DNA of 63,915 bases, the filler included, from Reticulomyxa filosa (Eukaryota > Protista > Foraminifera): NCBI GenBank assembly GCA_000512085.1. It is 12 parts of 12 records of this genome, joined end to end, with 100 filler letters (N's around TTAATTAATTAA, not from the genome) between each part and the next. Parts side by side here need not be neighbours in the genome. Positions count along the whole stretch, not along the records: positions 62,446 to 63,915 come from ASPP01007135.1; 11 more parts are not named here. One strand, written 5' to 3'. Every line of letters begins with the position of its first letter. Positions within the stretch are counted from its first letter, which is position 1. This document shows positions 62,482 to 63,915 of this stretch, in pieces. The notes under the pieces are model-generated. The model saw only the letters and a program-made list of their open reading frames with translations, was not told the DNA's origin and searched no databases. The position numbers and the translations under genes were made by a program.

Positions 62482-63846
62482 GGGGATCGATTTTCGAAAT
62501 TTGCGAATACTCGTTTTTTTAATGATGTCGACACAAAAAGCAATTTCCTTTTCAAGCTCAACGCCGAGTATTTGATCGGCCTTATGCTTCCAAAGGCCCA
62601 GCCACTCATTGATAATCCAAGCCTGGGAAATGTCTGAGGGAAAGGAATGGATGAATTGTTGGATAGCCTCAAAGCTGAACTGGTTGATGGGATGGTTTTG
62701 CAAAGCGAATTTCCAGCATGGACAGGCCGTCCACTCTTTGATGTTTTTGACATGTTGGTCGAACCACTTGTCCTTGTCATTGGGCTTTTTGCAGACGAGA
62801 CAGGTCCACCATTGATACAACTGTTGATCGACGCGAAGGTCGTTATTGTCGGTGTGGTTTTCCGCGTGCGGATACAGCAATGCCAACCACGACATCCACT
62901 GTCGATACTCGCTTTGTTTGCCTTGTCCAAGTAATCGCCGCACAAGTTGCAATACTCGGAATGTGGGCAGTGGATACTTGTTTGCAAAGTAGTGTTGCAG
63001 TATGTGACGCACGTAGATATCGGTATTGCGATCGAGATCGACGCCGGACCAGAGAAGGGAGATCTTCTCCAACAATAGCAAGAAGGCCTCATTACATAAT
63101 ACAACAGGATATTCGACTGCAGCCATCAGAGCCTTCCACTCGTCGCTTCCATCGAACATGTCCAAACTGACGTTGGCGAGCGTGTCTACGTACAGTTTCT
63201 GTCCAACCTGTTTATTGCTTGTTTGTTTCAACCTCATGAACCCGCTGCCTTTGCAGTGCACCCGGATGCGCGTGAGACACAATGACACCCATTCTGATAT
63301 CATCTGCGAGGTACTCGTAAAAGTGGTGTCTCTCGTGTTCTTCCACAGTTGGGTCAATTGCAAGAAATGCATTCCCGAGTGGGAAAGTGTTATGTCTTTG
63401 TCACACGCGATTCGTCGGAACACAATGTCTAATGTCAGCTGCTTTGGAACTATGTTTAGCGTTTTCAGTTTACTTTGTATCTTTATCTTTTCTTTTTCTT
63501 CTTCTTCTTCTTCTTCTTCTTCTTCTTCTTCTTTTTTTTTTTTTGTTTTATCGCTGTGACGGGATTTCGCAAATGTTACAGACGGTGCCATTTCGGTCTG
63601 TAACTTCTTCCACTCCTGATACAAATCCATGAACGACGAAATCTCCATAAACCACTCCATGTCGTCTCCGTCAAATTTCCACTTCTTCTTCGCTATGAAG
63701 CTTTCAATCCAGTTGTAGTCGCTCATCACGACCTTCGCTATCGTATCCTTGATCAGGAAGCTGACCTTGGTCACCCTCCTGTTTTGGGACCCTTCGTCAG
63801 AGAAGTTCAACTGACCATTTGACCTTTTGTCTGAGGGCTGAGGCAT
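62446..63846 (-). CDS. Hypothetical protein (mostly helical, poly-Glu tract), 3'-truncated
   Basis: An uninterrupted ~450-aa ORF from ATG 63846 with coding-like GC content. No family recognised. Confidence 0.65.
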
Positions 63847-63915
63847 AATGTCTGACTATTTTTAATTCCCATTAATTTCATGTTTTTTTTTTTGTTTTGT
63901 TTTTTTTTTTTTTTT

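Noticed and set aside
1-63915. Alternative genetic code (TAA/TAG read as Gln) to explain in-frame stops
   Set aside because: Intact genes end at TAA/TAG/TGA at the expected positions, and a 1640-codon frame with many CAA/CAG Gln codons has no internal stops. Stops cluster in regions that also have frameshifts.
1-63915. rRNA, tRNA, CRISPR arrays, prokaryotic operons or promoters
   Set aside because: None recognised by eye, and the DNA is spliceosomal-intron-containing eukaryotic sequence. A tRNAscan/Infernal run would be needed to exclude small RNAs.

Overview
This is very AT-rich, intron-containing eukaryotic DNA, not a prokaryotic locus. It is 12 separate contigs joined by 11 artificial 100-bp spacers (44 N + TTAATTAATTAA + 44 N), so adjacency across spacers means nothing. 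The polyubiquitin remnant has the extra Ala at monomer junctions that is diagnostic of Rhizaria. Together with the expanded WD40, TRAF, Kelch-like and TPR families, this points to a foraminiferan, most likely Reticulomyxa filosa (inference). Recognisable genes: an LRR-LNR-EF-hand protein, an aldehyde dehydrogenase, a large NACHT-pentapeptide-WD40 NLR-like protein, a TRAF-zinc-finger/WD40 gene, a Ser/Thr kinase, a WWE protein, a coiled-coil protein, a mitochondrial carrier, a PPR(-Smr) protein and a START protein. There are also many pseudogenes (WD40, polyubiquitin, TPR, Ulp1, kinase, Kelch-like), a degenerate LINE with RNase H, a degenerate Penelope-like RT and a MITE-like inverted-repeat element. 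The best candidate for a new system is the NLR-like gene at 4412-~10053 (-). Its N-terminal effector region reads as a RelA/SpoT-type (alarmone synthetase-like) nucleotidyltransferase with the catalytic D and ExQ motifs intact. It is preceded by spliced exons for a ubiquitin-like domain ending in GG, a CUE-like helical domain and a Cys-rich zinc-binding domain. The second candidate is a Penelope-like RT followed by a dual-specificity-phosphatase-like motif. All domain calls come from reading motifs by eye; no searches were run.
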